From: Candidatus Sumerlaeaceae bacterium
Lineage (GTDB): Bacteria > Sumerlaeota > Sumerlaeia > Sumerlaeales > Sumerlaeaceae
Reading direction: 5' to 3'
Assembly (NCBI GenBank): GCA_051003195.1
Contig: JBPCLP010000017.1
Span: 41,228-105,227 of the forward strand
Length of the DNA: 64,000 nt
The translations under genes and the position numbers were made by a program. The notes under the pieces are model-generated. The model saw nothing but the letters and a program-made list of their open reading frames with translations. It was not told where the DNA came from and did not search any database. This document shows positions 40,687-50,107 of the stretch, in pieces. Numbering within the stretch: position 1 is the stretch's first letter; the number at the start of each line of letters is the position of its first letter.

Positions 40687-40948
40687 TTACGACTACAAGG
40701 AGAATTGAGGGACCGAAAGGGATGAGCAGTGAAGCTTGCTGCGTTCAGCCACAACCAAAGCATAATCAATGTTTCGCGTCATCTGGATAGGGAGGGACCC
40801 TGGTGGAATGAAAAACTGCAGATTTCGCCAGGCACCAACCCTGCCTTACCTGCACAATGTCGCTGCTTTGAGTGGTCCAGAACGACTAAACCCGCGATAT
40901 GAATGAGTCTCCCGGAACTCTGTAGTCGTCGCGGGATCAGGAACTCTA

Positions 40949-41230
40949 TTGCCTACTAAAAGAACACAAGCAAAGGCTGCGTTGACGGGTGGCGGCGATC
41001 GCCCCACGAGACAAGCCAAAGAAAAGGGAATCGAACTGGAAGGATCAGTGCTCGAGCCCCTGCCGAACTGTATGTTTCGCGTGGAACTTCAGAACGGCCT
41101 CAAAATTTTAGCTCATATCTCTGGCAAAATGCGCATGAATTTCATCAAAATTCTGCCTGGAGACAGGGTCATGGTCGAGTTATCGCCTTACGACCTGAGC
41201 CGCGGTCGAATTACGTACCGCTTTAAGTAG
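40949..41230 (+). CDS. infA: Translation initiation factor IF-1 (N-terminal extension, TTG start)
   Basis: [36 protein letters not shown]. Confidence 0.93.
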   Translation: MPTKRTQAKAALTGGGDRPTRQAKEKGIELEGSVLEPLPNCMFRVELQNGLKILAHISGKMRMNFIKILPGDRVMVELSPYDLSRGRITYRFK

Positions 41231-41271
41231 AACAAAAACAGGGGCTTACGCCCTCATGGATGGATGAAACA

Positions 41272-41385
41272 ATGAAGGTCAGGGCATCAATCAAGCCAAT
41301 CTGCAATAAGTGTAAACGCATTAAGCGCAAGGGCGTCCTTCGCATCATTTGCGAAAACCCCAAGCACAAGCAGCGGCAGGGCTAG
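41272..41385 (+). CDS. rpmJ: 50S ribosomal protein L36 (absent from ORF track)
   Basis: Manual translation [37 protein letters not shown]. Confidence 0.97.
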   Translation: MKVRASIKPICNKCKRIKRKGVLRIICENPKHKQRQG

Positions 41386-41545
41386 TTTCGACATTTAGAT
41401 TTCAGAACTAAAAAATCAAAGTGGATTTTTAGCTGAATTTTGAACGTGGGCAGGCCTAAAACGAGTGGTTTGCCCAGCTGCAGCTTGCAAATTTGGGCAG
41501 TTAACATCAGAAGTTTGAATTTCGATTTCTTAATTACGGGATAAT

Positions 41546-41923
41546 ATGGCACGCATTGCAGGAATAGATCTGCCGCGCGAAAAGCGCATCGAAGTGGGAC
41601 TGACGTATATCTACGGCATTGGCCCAACCACATCCAAGCGTTTGCTTGAGCGCGCTGGTATCAGCGCCAGCAAGCGCGTGCGCGAGCTCGACGAACAGGA
41701 AGTTGGCCGCCTTAATAGCCTGATTCAGAACGCGGTAAAGGTTGAGGGTGATCTGCGCCGTGAGGTTAACCAGAACATCAAGCGCCTCATGGACATCGGC
41801 TGCTACCGGGGTCTGCGTCACCGCCGGGGCCTTCCCGCACGTGGCCAGCGCACCCGCACCAACGCCCGTACCCGCAAAGGTCCCCGTAAGACTGTCGGCA
41901 TTAAGAAGAAGGAAACGAAGTAA
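41546..41923 (+). CDS. rpsM: 30S ribosomal protein S13
   Basis: [36 protein letters not shown]. Confidence 0.98.
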   Translation: MARIAGIDLPREKRIEVGLTYIYGIGPTTSKRLLERAGISASKRVRELDEQEVGRLNSLIQNAVKVEGDLRREVNQNIKRLMDIGCYRGLRHRRGLPARGQRTRTNARTRKGPRKTVGIKKKETK

Positions 41924-41928
41924 TCACC

Positions 41929-42345
41929 ATGGCTGAGAAAAAGGCAAAAGGCGGCGCAGCAGCAGCCGCTACCAAAGTTAAGAAGAAGTCCCGCAAGAAC
42001 GTCTCCACCGGAGTCGTGCATGTGCTGGCGAGCTTTAACAACACCATCGTAAACATCAGCGACCCACAGGGCAACACCATTGCATGGGCGTCCAGCGGCA
42101 CATCCGGCTTTAAGGGTTCCCGCAAGAGCACGCCATTTGCAGCCCAGCTCGCAGCTGAGAATTGCGCCAAGAAAGCCATGGAACATGGGCTGAAGCACGT
42201 GGAAATCCACGTGAAGGGCCCTGGCAGCGGCCGCGAGGCAGCCATTCGTTCTTTGCAGGCTGTGGGCCTTGAAATTTCAATCATCAAAGATGTGACGCCG
42301 ATCCCTCATAACGGTTGTCGGCCTCCGAAGCGTCGTCGCGTCTGA
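41929..42345 (+). CDS. rpsK: 30S ribosomal protein S11
   Basis: [33 protein letters not shown]. Confidence 0.98.
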   Translation: MAEKKAKGGAAAAATKVKKKSRKNVSTGVVHVLASFNNTIVNISDPQGNTIAWASSGTSGFKGSRKSTPFAAQLAAENCAKKAMEHGLKHVEIHVKGPGSGREAAIRSLQAVGLEISIIKDVTPIPHNGCRPPKRRRV

Positions 42346-42386
42346 CGCAGCCGATCCCGGCATCGTTTAGATCGTACTGACGTAGT

Positions 42387-42638
42387 ATGCAGGAAAGTGG
42401 TTTGCTGGTTATACTCATGGCCGTAGCTGTCGGTGCAGCGTTGTGGTTCCGCCGCCGTCCGATGAGTACGCGCCAGCGGGCCGTGGTCGTTTCACTGGCC
42501 ATCGGATTGCTCGCGTTCGACTTTCTCGGACGTGGCCAGGCTGACTGGGGTAAGGTGGCACTAGTGGTAGCAGGAAGCGCTGTGCTGGTCATGGCTGCGG
42601 TGTATTTAACGCGGTCGCAGCACGGACCACGCGAGTAA
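42387..42638 (+). CDS. Small three-TM hypothetical protein between rpsK and rpsD
   Basis: 83 aa with three hydrophobic segments and a basic RRR loop. Confidence 0.6.
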   Translation: MQESGLLVILMAVAVGAALWFRRRPMSTRQRAVVVSLAIGLLAFDFLGRGQADWGKVALVVAGSAVLVMAAVYLTRSQHGPRE

Positions 42639-42826
42639 GGCAGTACAGTTTGAATTCGGCATTTTGAATTTCGAAGGACAGATTTTCGGGACGAAGGTGC
42701 TCCCTTGGAAAAAGAACGGCCCGTTTGGGTCGTCGCACCGTAAACCGAAACGGTCACGCGCAAGCGCTGACCAGAACCCCGTGGTAATGACCACGGGGCA
42801 GACAGGATAAGGAGAGACAGAACGAA

Positions 42827-43453
42827 GTGGCTCGTTATACAGACGCCAAGTGCCGGCTGTGCCGACGCGAAGGCGAAAAACTATTTCTAAAGGGTACGCG
42901 CTGCATGACCGCCAAGTGCGCGATTGAGCGGCAGAACTACCCCCCTGGGCAGCATGGCCAGAACCGACAAAAACTATCCACCTATGGCCAGCAGTTGCGC
43001 GAAAAGCAGAAGGCCAAGCGCATTTATGGAATCCTGGAGCGACAGTTCCGTCGTTATTTCTCCATGGCGGACAAGTACCGCGGCGTCACCGGCACGGTGC
43101 TGCTGCAATTGCTCGAGCGACGCCTGGACAACCTGATCTATCGTCTTGGAATCGGATCCTCGCGCGCACAGGCCCGGCAACTGGTACGACACGGTCACGT
43201 GTATGTAGATGGCCGCCGCGTGAGCATTCCGTCCTACCTTGTGAAGGCCGGGCAGCAGATCTCGCTGCCTGAAGCATCTCGAAACAGGACTGTCATTATA
43301 GGGAACCTCGAAGAAGGCAGCGGGCGCCCGCGCCTGCCCTGGCTCGAGTGGAACCCTGAGACTTTCACCGGACGCGTTCTTAGCATTCCGTCTCGCGAAG
43401 ATATTCCGGTAACCGTCAATGAGCAGCTCATCGTCGAGTTGTACTCCAAGTAA
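42827..43453 (+). CDS. rpsD: 30S ribosomal protein S4
   Basis: [34 protein letters not shown]. Confidence 0.98.
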   Translation: MARYTDAKCRLCRREGEKLFLKGTRCMTAKCAIERQNYPPGQHGQNRQKLSTYGQQLREKQKAKRIYGILERQFRRYFSMADKYRGVTGTVLLQLLERRLDNLIYRLGIGSSRAQARQLVRHGHVYVDGRRVSIPSYLVKAGQQISLPEASRNRTVIIGNLEEGSGRPRLPWLEWNPETFTGRVLSIPSREDIPVTVNEQLIVELYSK

Positions 43454-43542
43454 TCCCAAACTGATCGAATCTGTACCGCGACCGTTAGGGAGCGTCCAGA
43501 AACTGATCAGGGCCACTCACCAGGAAGAGAGAGAGAAACTGA

Positions 43543-44568
43543 ATGGACTTTAAGCCACTAAAAATGCCCCGCGAACTTGTCGCGGAAAAAGACAGCCTGA
43601 CCGAGTCGTACGGCCGTTTTGTTGCTGAGCCGTTTGAACGCGGCTTCGGCACCACGATCGGCAACTCGCTGCGCCGCATCCTGCTCAGCAGCATCCAGGG
43701 TGCCGCCATTACGCAGATCCGAATCGAAGGAAAAAACCACGAGTTCGACACCGTCGAAGGCGTGAAGGAAGACATCCTCGACATCATCCTGAACCTGAAG
43801 AGCCTGAACATCCGGCTGCACGGCAACAAGGGCGAGACGACGATCTTCCTCGACGTCACAGGCGGCCGTGAAGTGAAGGCCAGCGATTTCGAGCTGAACA
43901 GCAATATCGAGATACTGAATCCCGAGCAGCACATCGCAACGCTCTCCGACAAGGCTGAGCTGCGTATGGAGTGCGTGGTCCAGATGGGCCGCGGCTACGT
44001 CAGCGCTGCACAGATGAAGGAGCAGGGCGATGGCACGACCGATAACTTCGGCACCATCTTCCTCGACGCCGTCTTCTCACCGATCACCAACGTTCGCTAC
44101 ACCGTGGAAGCCGCACGCGTGCAGCAGCGCACCGACTACGACCGCCTCATCCTTGAAGTGAACACCGATGGAACCGTGACACCGGAGGACGCCGTAAGTT
44201 ATGCGGCCAAGGTGCTGCGCGACCATCTGAACCTGTTCATCTCGATGAAGGACCAGGCTGCAGAGCTCGCCGCTCTTGAAGAAGAGCAGCAGGCAATGTC
44301 CGCCACGTCGGCTCTCGAAGAGAAGCTCGACAAATCCATCGAAGAGCTGGAGCTCAGCGTTCGCAGTTTCAACTGTCTTGAGGCCGCCGGCATCAAGACC
44401 ATCCGTGACCTCGTTCAGAAGACCGAGAGCGAAATGCTCAAGTATCGGAACTTCGGCCGTAAGTCGCTCACCGAGATTAAGAACATCCTCAAGGACATGA
44501 CTCTGCGCTTCGGCATGGAGATCGACAAGGAAACCGGTCTGCCCGTGGCCGCCGGTTCGGAGAAGTAG
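43543..44568 (+). CDS. rpoA: RNA polymerase subunit alpha
   Basis: EPFERGFGTTIGNSLRRILLSS, ELSVRSFNCL, RNFGRKSL. Confidence 0.98.
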   Translation: MDFKPLKMPRELVAEKDSLTESYGRFVAEPFERGFGTTIGNSLRRILLSSIQGAAITQIRIEGKNHEFDTVEGVKEDILDIILNLKSLNIRLHGNKGETTIFLDVTGGREVKASDFELNSNIEILNPEQHIATLSDKAELRMECVVQMGRGYVSAAQMKEQGDGTTDNFGTIFLDAVFSPITNVRYTVEAARVQQRTDYDRLILEVNTDGTVTPEDAVSYAAKVLRDHLNLFISMKDQAAELAALEEEQQAMSATSALEEKLDKSIEELELSVRSFNCLEAAGIKTIRDLVQKTESEMLKYRNFGRKSLTEIKNILKDMTLRFGMEIDKETGLPVAAGSEK

Positions 44569-44577
44569 GAGACCGAA

Positions 44578-45054
44578 ATGCGTCACCGTAGACATAGTTC
44601 CAAACTCAACCGCACCGTCGAGCATCGCACTGCATTGATGCGCAACCTCGCGATTGCACTCATCGACAATGGGATCATCAAGACTACCGAGCCGAAGGCA
44701 AAGCAGCTTCGCCAGTACATCGAGCGGATCATCACGATCGCGAAGGATGGTCTGGCGGCAAATGACGACGCAGGCATTGGACTGGCCAAGCGCCGCCTGG
44801 CCTTCTCGTACCTGAACAATAAGGAAGCTGTGAAGAAGCTGTTCGCCGAGGTTGCTCCGGCATCCGCCCAGCGTGCTGGCGGTTACACGCGCGTGGTCAA
44901 AGCCGGCCCCCGTGCCGGCGACGGTGCCCCAATGGCCTACATCGAGTTCGTCGACCGCGAGGTCGCCGCCTCCGAAGCCCCTGCCGCGGAGGAAAAGGCT
45001 AAGAAGCCCCGCCGCCGCACCAAAAAACCCGCGGGAGAAACCGCCGCAGCGTAA
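44578..45054 (+). CDS. rplQ: 50S ribosomal protein L17
   Basis: MRHR...KLNRT..HR.AL, GGYTRVVK, GDGAPMA.IE. Confidence 0.97.
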   Translation: MRHRRHSSKLNRTVEHRTALMRNLAIALIDNGIIKTTEPKAKQLRQYIERIITIAKDGLAANDDAGIGLAKRRLAFSYLNNKEAVKKLFAEVAPASAQRAGGYTRVVKAGPRAGDGAPMAYIEFVDREVAASEAPAAEEKAKKPRRRTKKPAGETAAA

Positions 45055-45096
45055 AGACAAACACTAGTTCCGGAGCAGCAATGCCCCGGGTGCCAA

Positions 45097-45136
45097 CAAG
45101 GCCGCAGCCGAGCAATCGCCTGCGGCCTTGCTATTT
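45097..45136 (+). terminator. Hairpin after rplQ (likely terminator)
   Basis: CAAGGCCGCAG-C-CGA-GCAA-TCG-C-CTGCGGCCTTG then CTATTT. Confidence 0.7.
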
Positions 45137-45187
45137 GAAAGTGTTTTGCTTGATTATGTAAGCGCAGCAACGGCACTCCGATACGCA

Positions 45188-45916
45188 ATGGCGCCAAATG
45201 AGAATCATGGGAAGAATGCGAATCCTGGGAACTATATGAGTTCTAAGAACAGTTTTTCAATTCCTCCTGATTCCCAGGCTTCCCCTGACTCCCGGAATTG
45301 TCATGCTTCTCATAATTCCCATTCTTCCCATCCACCCAAGCCGCATAACCCCGACCTGCCCGAGCGCCTCCTCCCGCCCCGCGGAGACTACCAAACACTC
45401 CTGTCCTATCAAAAAGCCGAAGTAATTTACGACATCACCTTCCGGTTCGCTCACGCGAATCTTCCGAAGGGAGACCGCACCATCGACCAAATGATCCAGG
45501 CTGCGCGCTCCTGTAAGCAGAACATACTCGAGGGCAGCAAAGCGGGCTTGGCGTCGAAAGAAACCGAGATCAAACTTACCAGCGTAGCACGAGCCAGCCT
45601 GGAGGAACTCCTCGCCGACTATCGAGACTACCTTCGTGTTCGCGACCTCAAGCTTTGGGAGAAAGAATCAAAGGAAGCGCACTTTGTTCGGCAACTCGGG
45701 CGCGAAACTCCTCAGAGCTTCGAGCTGTACCGCCAATTCGTCGAAACTCGTCCCCCCTACATTGTCGCCAACATCGCGATTTGCCTCATCCACCAGACCA
45801 ACTACCTGATCGACCACCAACTTCAGCGACTGGAAAACGACTTCGCGAAGAACGGCGGCCTACGCGAAAGAATGACCCGCGTCCGTCTCGCTCACCGAGA
45901 CAAACCAGCCAAGTGA
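45188..45916 (+). CDS. Four-helix-bundle protein (23S rRNA IVP-like) with suffix domain; start uncertain
   Basis: Y..LLSYQKA, DQMIQAARSCKQNILEGS, ARASLEELLADY, F...GGLRERM. Confidence 0.85.
   Translation: MAPNENHGKNANPGNYMSSKNSFSIPPDSQASPDSRNCHASHNSHSSHPPKPHNPDLPERLLPPRGDYQTLLSYQKAEVIYDITFRFAHANLPKGDRTIDQMIQAARSCKQNILEGSKAGLASKETEIKLTSVARASLEELLADYRDYLRVRDLKLWEKESKEAHFVRQLGRETPQSFELYRQFVETRPPYIVANIAICLIHQTNYLIDHQLQRLENDFAKNGGLRERMTRVRLAHRDKPAK
45200..45330. repeat. Opposed arrays of degenerate 9-nt repeats (GGGAA-type then TTCCC-type)
   Basis: For example TGGGAAGAATG 45208-18 is complementary to CATTCTTCCCA 45320-30. Confidence 0.7.
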
Positions 45917-45980
45917 CGACATAACTACCAGGCGCAACCGGTTGAACACCGCGAGTCGGTTCTTAATTGCCAAACTTTTT

Positions 45981-46016
45981 CATTATTCCCACGCTTCCCA
46001 TTATTCCCATGCTTCT
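45981..46016. repeat. Four 9-nt repeats downstream of the four-helix-bundle gene
   Basis: CATTATTCC CACGCTTCC CATTATTCC CATGCTTCT. Confidence 0.75.
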
Positions 46017-46179
46017 CGGGCTCACAAGTTGGTAAAGGAAGTCACAACAATGACGGTCCCTTGCCGTAAAACACCGCGACGACTCCCGCACGATCTGAGG
46101 CTCGCACCAGCAATCGCCTGCGGCCTTGCTATTTGAATCTATATATAGTCTTGTTTATATACTGCTGCGAGAATCGTTC

Positions 46180-46425
46180 ATGAGCCTTATGATACCAGAC
46201 GAAGTGCTCGAAGCCGCTCACATGACCCCGGAGGAGATGCGCTGTGAAATCGCCGTCATGCTCTTCAGTGGCGAAAAGCTCACGCTTGCCCAGGCCGCGC
46301 GACTCGCAGGCTTGGACCGGTTATCCTTTCAGCAAATACTCGCCAGCCGCAATATCACGCTGCATTATGGAGCAGAAGAATTTCACGAGGACCTTCAGGC
46401 GCTGCGTGACCTGACGCACGGGTGA
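46180..46425 (+). CDS. UPF0175-family HTH protein (putative antitoxin)
   Basis: EIAVMLF...LTLAQAARLAG...F...L...I..HY...D. Confidence 0.85.
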   Translation: MSLMIPDEVLEAAHMTPEEMRCEIAVMLFSGEKLTLAQAARLAGLDRLSFQQILASRNITLHYGAEEFHEDLQALRDLTHG

Positions 46426-46916
46426 GGGTCGTTTGCAATACATCGCCGCTGACGAACCTCGCCAAAATTCAGCGGCTCGACATTCTCGAAAGCCTATATG
46501 GGCGTGTTTTTATTCCCACCGCGGTGGCGAATGAGCTAAGTGCGCTGCCGCAGCAGGCTGCACTACTCGCTGCATCGCCCTGGATTGAAATCCTACCTGC
46601 TACTGATCTCAAGCGACTCGCCGAGCTATTGCAAGGTCTTGATCCAGGAGAAGCGGAAGCGATTGCGCTGGCAGCCCAGGTTCAAGCTGATCTTATCATT
46701 CTTGATGAGCGGGCAGCGCGTTTGGCAGCACACCAGTTGCAGTTGCGTACCATGGGTCTTTGTGGCGTGCTCATTGCCGCGAAAAATGCTTTAATCATCC
46801 CGACAGTATGGCCAGTGCTATACGAGCTGCGAGTAAACGCAAAGTTTTGGTTAAGCGATGACGTTGTGAAGCTGGTGTTGGAAGCCACAGGTGAGCACGA
46901 AGAAAAGCCGGAATAA
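46422..46916 (+). CDS. DUF3368 PIN-domain protein (putative toxin)
   Basis: VVCNTSPL, IPTAVANEL, LDPGEAEAIALA, ILDERAAR; GTGA overlap. Confidence 0.88.
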   Translation: MRVVCNTSPLTNLAKIQRLDILESLYGRVFIPTAVANELSALPQQAALLAASPWIEILPATDLKRLAELLQGLDPGEAEAIALAAQVQADLIILDERAARLAAHQLQLRTMGLCGVLIAAKNALIIPTVWPVLYELRVNAKFWLSDDVVKLVLEATGEHEEKPE

Positions 46917-47152
46917 TGGCGTTCGACAAGTATGTTAAGATTGTCGAGTGGTCCGACCAGGACCACTGCTACATCGGTAGCTGCCCGGAACTTTTCTATG
47001 GCGGGTGTCATGGGGAAGATCCCAAAGAGGTTTTTGCGCAATTGTGCGATATCGTCGCCGAAACGATGGCGGTATATCAGCAGGAAGGCAGGCAACTCCC
47101 TGTGCCCATGACAGGTAAAGATTTCGTAAACGCCATGCAGCGGGTAGCGTAG
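46916..47152 (+). CDS. HicB-like antitoxin domain (no adjacent HicA)
   Basis: VEWSDQD.CYIG.CPEL..GCHG..P.E.......LP.P. Confidence 0.75.
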   Translation: MAFDKYVKIVEWSDQDHCYIGSCPELFYGGCHGEDPKEVFAQLCDIVAETMAVYQQEGRQLPVPMTGKDFVNAMQRVA

Positions 47153-47262
47153 CTGAGGTTTAGCAGGGCGTTGTAGTTCGGCAACCTCGCAGCCGAGTAC
47201 GCTGCCTCGTGCTTCCCATTTGACCAGAGAAGCCGAAGCGGCTCTCTCAGATCAACGATTCG

Positions 47263-47769
47263 ATGAAACTGCTGCGACGCATCTGCGACTTTTTACAGGT
47301 CCAATCAGACATGTCGGGACTCGAATTCAAGTCCACATCCCGCTGGCGCGTGAGCGGCGAGTACAACCCCGCCGTATTAATCCGTGCTTTAAAGCTGATC
47401 GTGCCGCCACAAAGCTCATCGATTTTGCACCTGGAGGGAGTTGGCTCGAGCCCGGAACTACTCCGCTGGATTGAACAACATGAAGTGCCGAACGCGCCTC
47501 GCGTCAGACCGGGCACACTATGGCCCAAGGCGACACAGCATGCAATCCATTTAACTGATTCGGTGTCCGACTGGGCTGCGCAATTCCTGGAAACACACGC
47601 TGCGCCGGAATTCTGCATTCATCTGCACCTGTCCAGTGACGGCGAGTTGCTGATGACCGGTTATGATTTCGGGGCAAGTACCCTGGAGCTGAACACCAGC
47701 ATTCCCGAATCACAGGTCGCCGCTTTTGCCGCCACAATCGGCTGCAGCTACTGTAAGGAAGAACATTGA
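47263..47769 (+). CDS. Hypothetical protein
   Basis: Clean 168-aa ORF; GTLWPK and PEFCIHLH motifs. Confidence 0.6.
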   Translation: MKLLRRICDFLQVQSDMSGLEFKSTSRWRVSGEYNPAVLIRALKLIVPPQSSSILHLEGVGSSPELLRWIEQHEVPNAPRVRPGTLWPKATQHAIHLTDSVSDWAAQFLETHAAPEFCIHLHLSSDGELLMTGYDFGASTLELNTSIPESQVAAFAATIGCSYCKEEH

Positions 47770-47795
47770 GGTCGCAGGTGAGCATCAGCAGATAA

Positions 47796-49148
47796 ATGAG
47801 TTTATTGCCCAAGTGCAGCTACTGGCGCAAGGCCACGGAGACTCGAGGAGCTGAATTGGCAGAGCCACTGAACACGTCCGTTCGCGCCGAAATCAGCTTT
47901 ACGCGCGTTCTCGTAACTGTGCTGGCCGTTTGCGTCCCGATCGTGCTCGCGTCGTATGCGTCCTACTATCAGCTTTGGGATAAGCTGACACGCGGTGGGC
48001 TGTTCCTCTTCTTCCTGTTGCCACTCGCCATCACTGCACTGGCCGCGCTGACGAGCGTTCTGCTTCCGATTGGAATTTGGTATAGCCGCGACAAGTCGTA
48101 CCCGCGCCGACTTCGGATCGTTTCCAACTGGGCGCTGCCACTTGCGCAACTCGGCCTGGGCTTCGCCGGCCTGCTCGCTGCATTTGGTCTATTCCTCCCC
48201 AAATTCATCGATATCTGGCGTCAAATAGCAAGCCAGTCTGGCTTCTTTAGCATAGAAAGTCTTCCAGTAGCTGCGTGGTTCCTGATGGCCCTGCTCCTGC
48301 CGGCAGGATCCCTACGCCTGGTATGGACGGGATTACTGCAAGCACGCCACCTGTGGCCTGCGATCGAAGCGCCGCAGGAAGACCCCCTTCGCCTCGCCGT
48401 TCAGAATCTCCGCAGAATCGGCAGCGTCGCGCTGGCGATCACATTACCAGTTGCTCTGCTCTATCTCTGTTCTGCAGTCGCCAGGATCACCGCCTTCTGG
48501 TCCATCCACCTGCTGTTTCCATCTCTCATGCCGCAAGATGGCTTCCTGATATCTAATTTCTCCGCTCCGCTCCTGGCTCTCGCCCTTCTCTTCAGTCCCA
48601 TCTACCACTTCGCAACTGCACTCGGCTGGAGGAATTCGGCCGACACTGTCGGCGCCGTACCGTTCCGCCTGACGAAAGCCGGCATCATTACAACCGCCGC
48701 ACTCGCGCTGGTCGCGCTAGGCGGCATGATAATGCACAACTGGATCGTGCGCGAGAAACTCATTACCGGCGAGTGGCGCCTGCCCGCCCCTGCCCGGCCG
48801 CAAGGTGAGCCCTACCGCATGTATGAAATCGAGCACCCCGCCAACGCCCACCCGCGCTTAAAGTGGACTCCGCCCACACCCGATGGCCGCATCCTCATGA
48901 CGGAGACAACCCGAGGCGGCCTGCGCCTGTGGGCAGTCGATATCCAAACCAGCCACGCCCGCCTGCTGACAAGCGGCAGCGGCGGAATTATCCACCCAAT
49001 CATCGAAGGCGATACCACCCCCGCCGTCCGCGAAGAATCCAATCTGTGGCTAACTTATGCACACGTCACCCTCGCTCTTTTCCCGCGCTATCCCGATCTC
49101 CCCCCGCGTCGCATCGACACAGTCACCGGGCGAGCAGTCCGGTACTGA
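47796..49148 (+). CDS. Hypothetical polytopic membrane protein with C-terminal soluble domain
   Basis: About 7 hydrophobic segments followed by a beta-rich region. Confidence 0.6.
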   Translation: MSLLPKCSYWRKATETRGAELAEPLNTSVRAEISFTRVLVTVLAVCVPIVLASYASYYQLWDKLTRGGLFLFFLLPLAITALAALTSVLLPIGIWYSRDKSYPRRLRIVSNWALPLAQLGLGFAGLLAAFGLFLPKFIDIWRQIASQSGFFSIESLPVAAWFLMALLLPAGSLRLVWTGLLQARHLWPAIEAPQEDPLRLAVQNLRRIGSVALAITLPVALLYLCSAVARITAFWSIHLLFPSLMPQDGFLISNFSAPLLALALLFSPIYHFATALGWRNSADTVGAVPFRLTKAGIITTAALALVALGGMIMHNWIVREKLITGEWRLPAPARPQGEPYRMYEIEHPANAHPRLKWTPPTPDGRILMTETTRGGLRLWAVDIQTSHARLLTSGSGGIIHPIIEGDTTPAVREESNLWLTYAHVTLALFPRYPDLPPRRIDTVTGRAVRY

Positions 49149-49333
49149 GATGTTCTCCATTCCGCAGCATCATTACGGAACCACATACAGTGGAATATCG
49201 TTGTCGTTTTCGTTGGGTGATCGTAGGCACTATCGGCCGAGCCACTATACTGGAATCGAGGCTTTGTATGGACTAAGGCGCACGGTCTAAGGTAATCGCC
49301 TAACTACAGCATGACAATCCGACAGGTAGTAAC

Positions 49334-49741
49334 TTATGAGAACGGATTGAGTACTTTGACTCCAGATGTTTTGAAATCCTCCATGTTCCGCGTGACCATG
49401 GTCAGTCCGTGCTGCAGGGCGGATGCCGCGATCAAACTATCCTTTAGAGGCATCGATGTTCCCTTGTGCCGCAGCCGAACCACTAACGCGGCCCAAAGCA
49501 GCCCGGTTTGCGCGTCCATGGCCAGACACGCAATGGAAGCCACGCCACGACCGAACCACTGTTCGAGATCTCGACGTTTGCGACCGGCTGGCAGCATACT
49601 AATTCCCGTGCGAATTTCGCCGAGCACAATCGGGTTAACTGTCAGTTCCTGTTCATGTGCACGCAGCCACTGTATGACACCTGTGTTTGGGAGCGGCTTC
49701 ATTGCCTCACTTAACACGTTGGTGTCGACCAGGTATTTCAC
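49334..49741 (-). CDS. vapC: VapC-type PIN toxin
   Basis: YLVDTNVLSE, LGEI..GI, DSLIAASAL, VTRN..DF. Confidence 0.92.
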   Translation of the reverse strand: MKYLVDTNVLSEAMKPLPNTGVIQWLRAHEQELTVNPIVLGEIRTGISMLPAGRKRRDLEQWFGRGVASIACLAMDAQTGLLWAALVVRLRHKGTSMPLKDSLIAASALQHGLTMVTRNMEDFKTSGVKVLNPFS

Positions 49742-49983
49742 AGATCAACGGCGATGTGATCGGTCGTATCTGGGAACTTCATCGGCTCCAGGCATCCTTT
49801 ATGTGGGCAGCTGAGTAGCCAATCGACCAGCCCGGCGTTGCATGGCGGGGCTTTTCTTTTCAATAGGTATTCGCCCGCGTCGAGCCGGCGGACTTCGAAC
49901 TGCTCACCAGGTTTTATCCTGTCCTCCTGGCGCAACTCGGACGGCAATACGATTTGTCCTTTGGTGGAGACAGTAGTGATCAT
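49738..49983 (-). CDS. AbrB/MazE/SpoVT-family antitoxin
   Basis: TTVSTKGQIVLP.ELR....IKPG; overlaps vapC start. Confidence 0.9.
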   Translation of the reverse strand: MITTVSTKGQIVLPSELRQEDRIKPGEQFEVRRLDAGEYLLKRKAPPCNAGLVDWLLSCPHKGCLEPMKFPDTTDHIAVDL

Positions 49984-50107
49984 GTCGTAAGATAGTGTCT
50001 TACTGGGAACGCTATTCAAAGCGAAGCTGCTTCTTCTCCTGATAGCCAGTATATTTTGATCGTCGCCGTTTTAGACGGGCGATAGCCTCGGCGCTATTCC
50101 AAATCGA

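Larger units (their letters stand above)
45111..46137 (+). mobile_element. About 1-kb cassette bounded by a perfect 29-bp direct repeat
   Basis: AGCAATCGCCTGCGGCCTTGCTATTTGAA at 45111-45139 and 46109-46137. Confidence 0.7.

Noticed and set aside
45188..45916. Diversity-generating retroelement (Avd-like helix bundle)
   Set aside because: No reverse transcriptase and no TR/VR pair with adenine-specific mismatches seen
49298..49333. GCCTAAC... resembling the start of an integron attC site
   Set aside because: No matching GTTRRRY half, no repeated attC sites and no integrase
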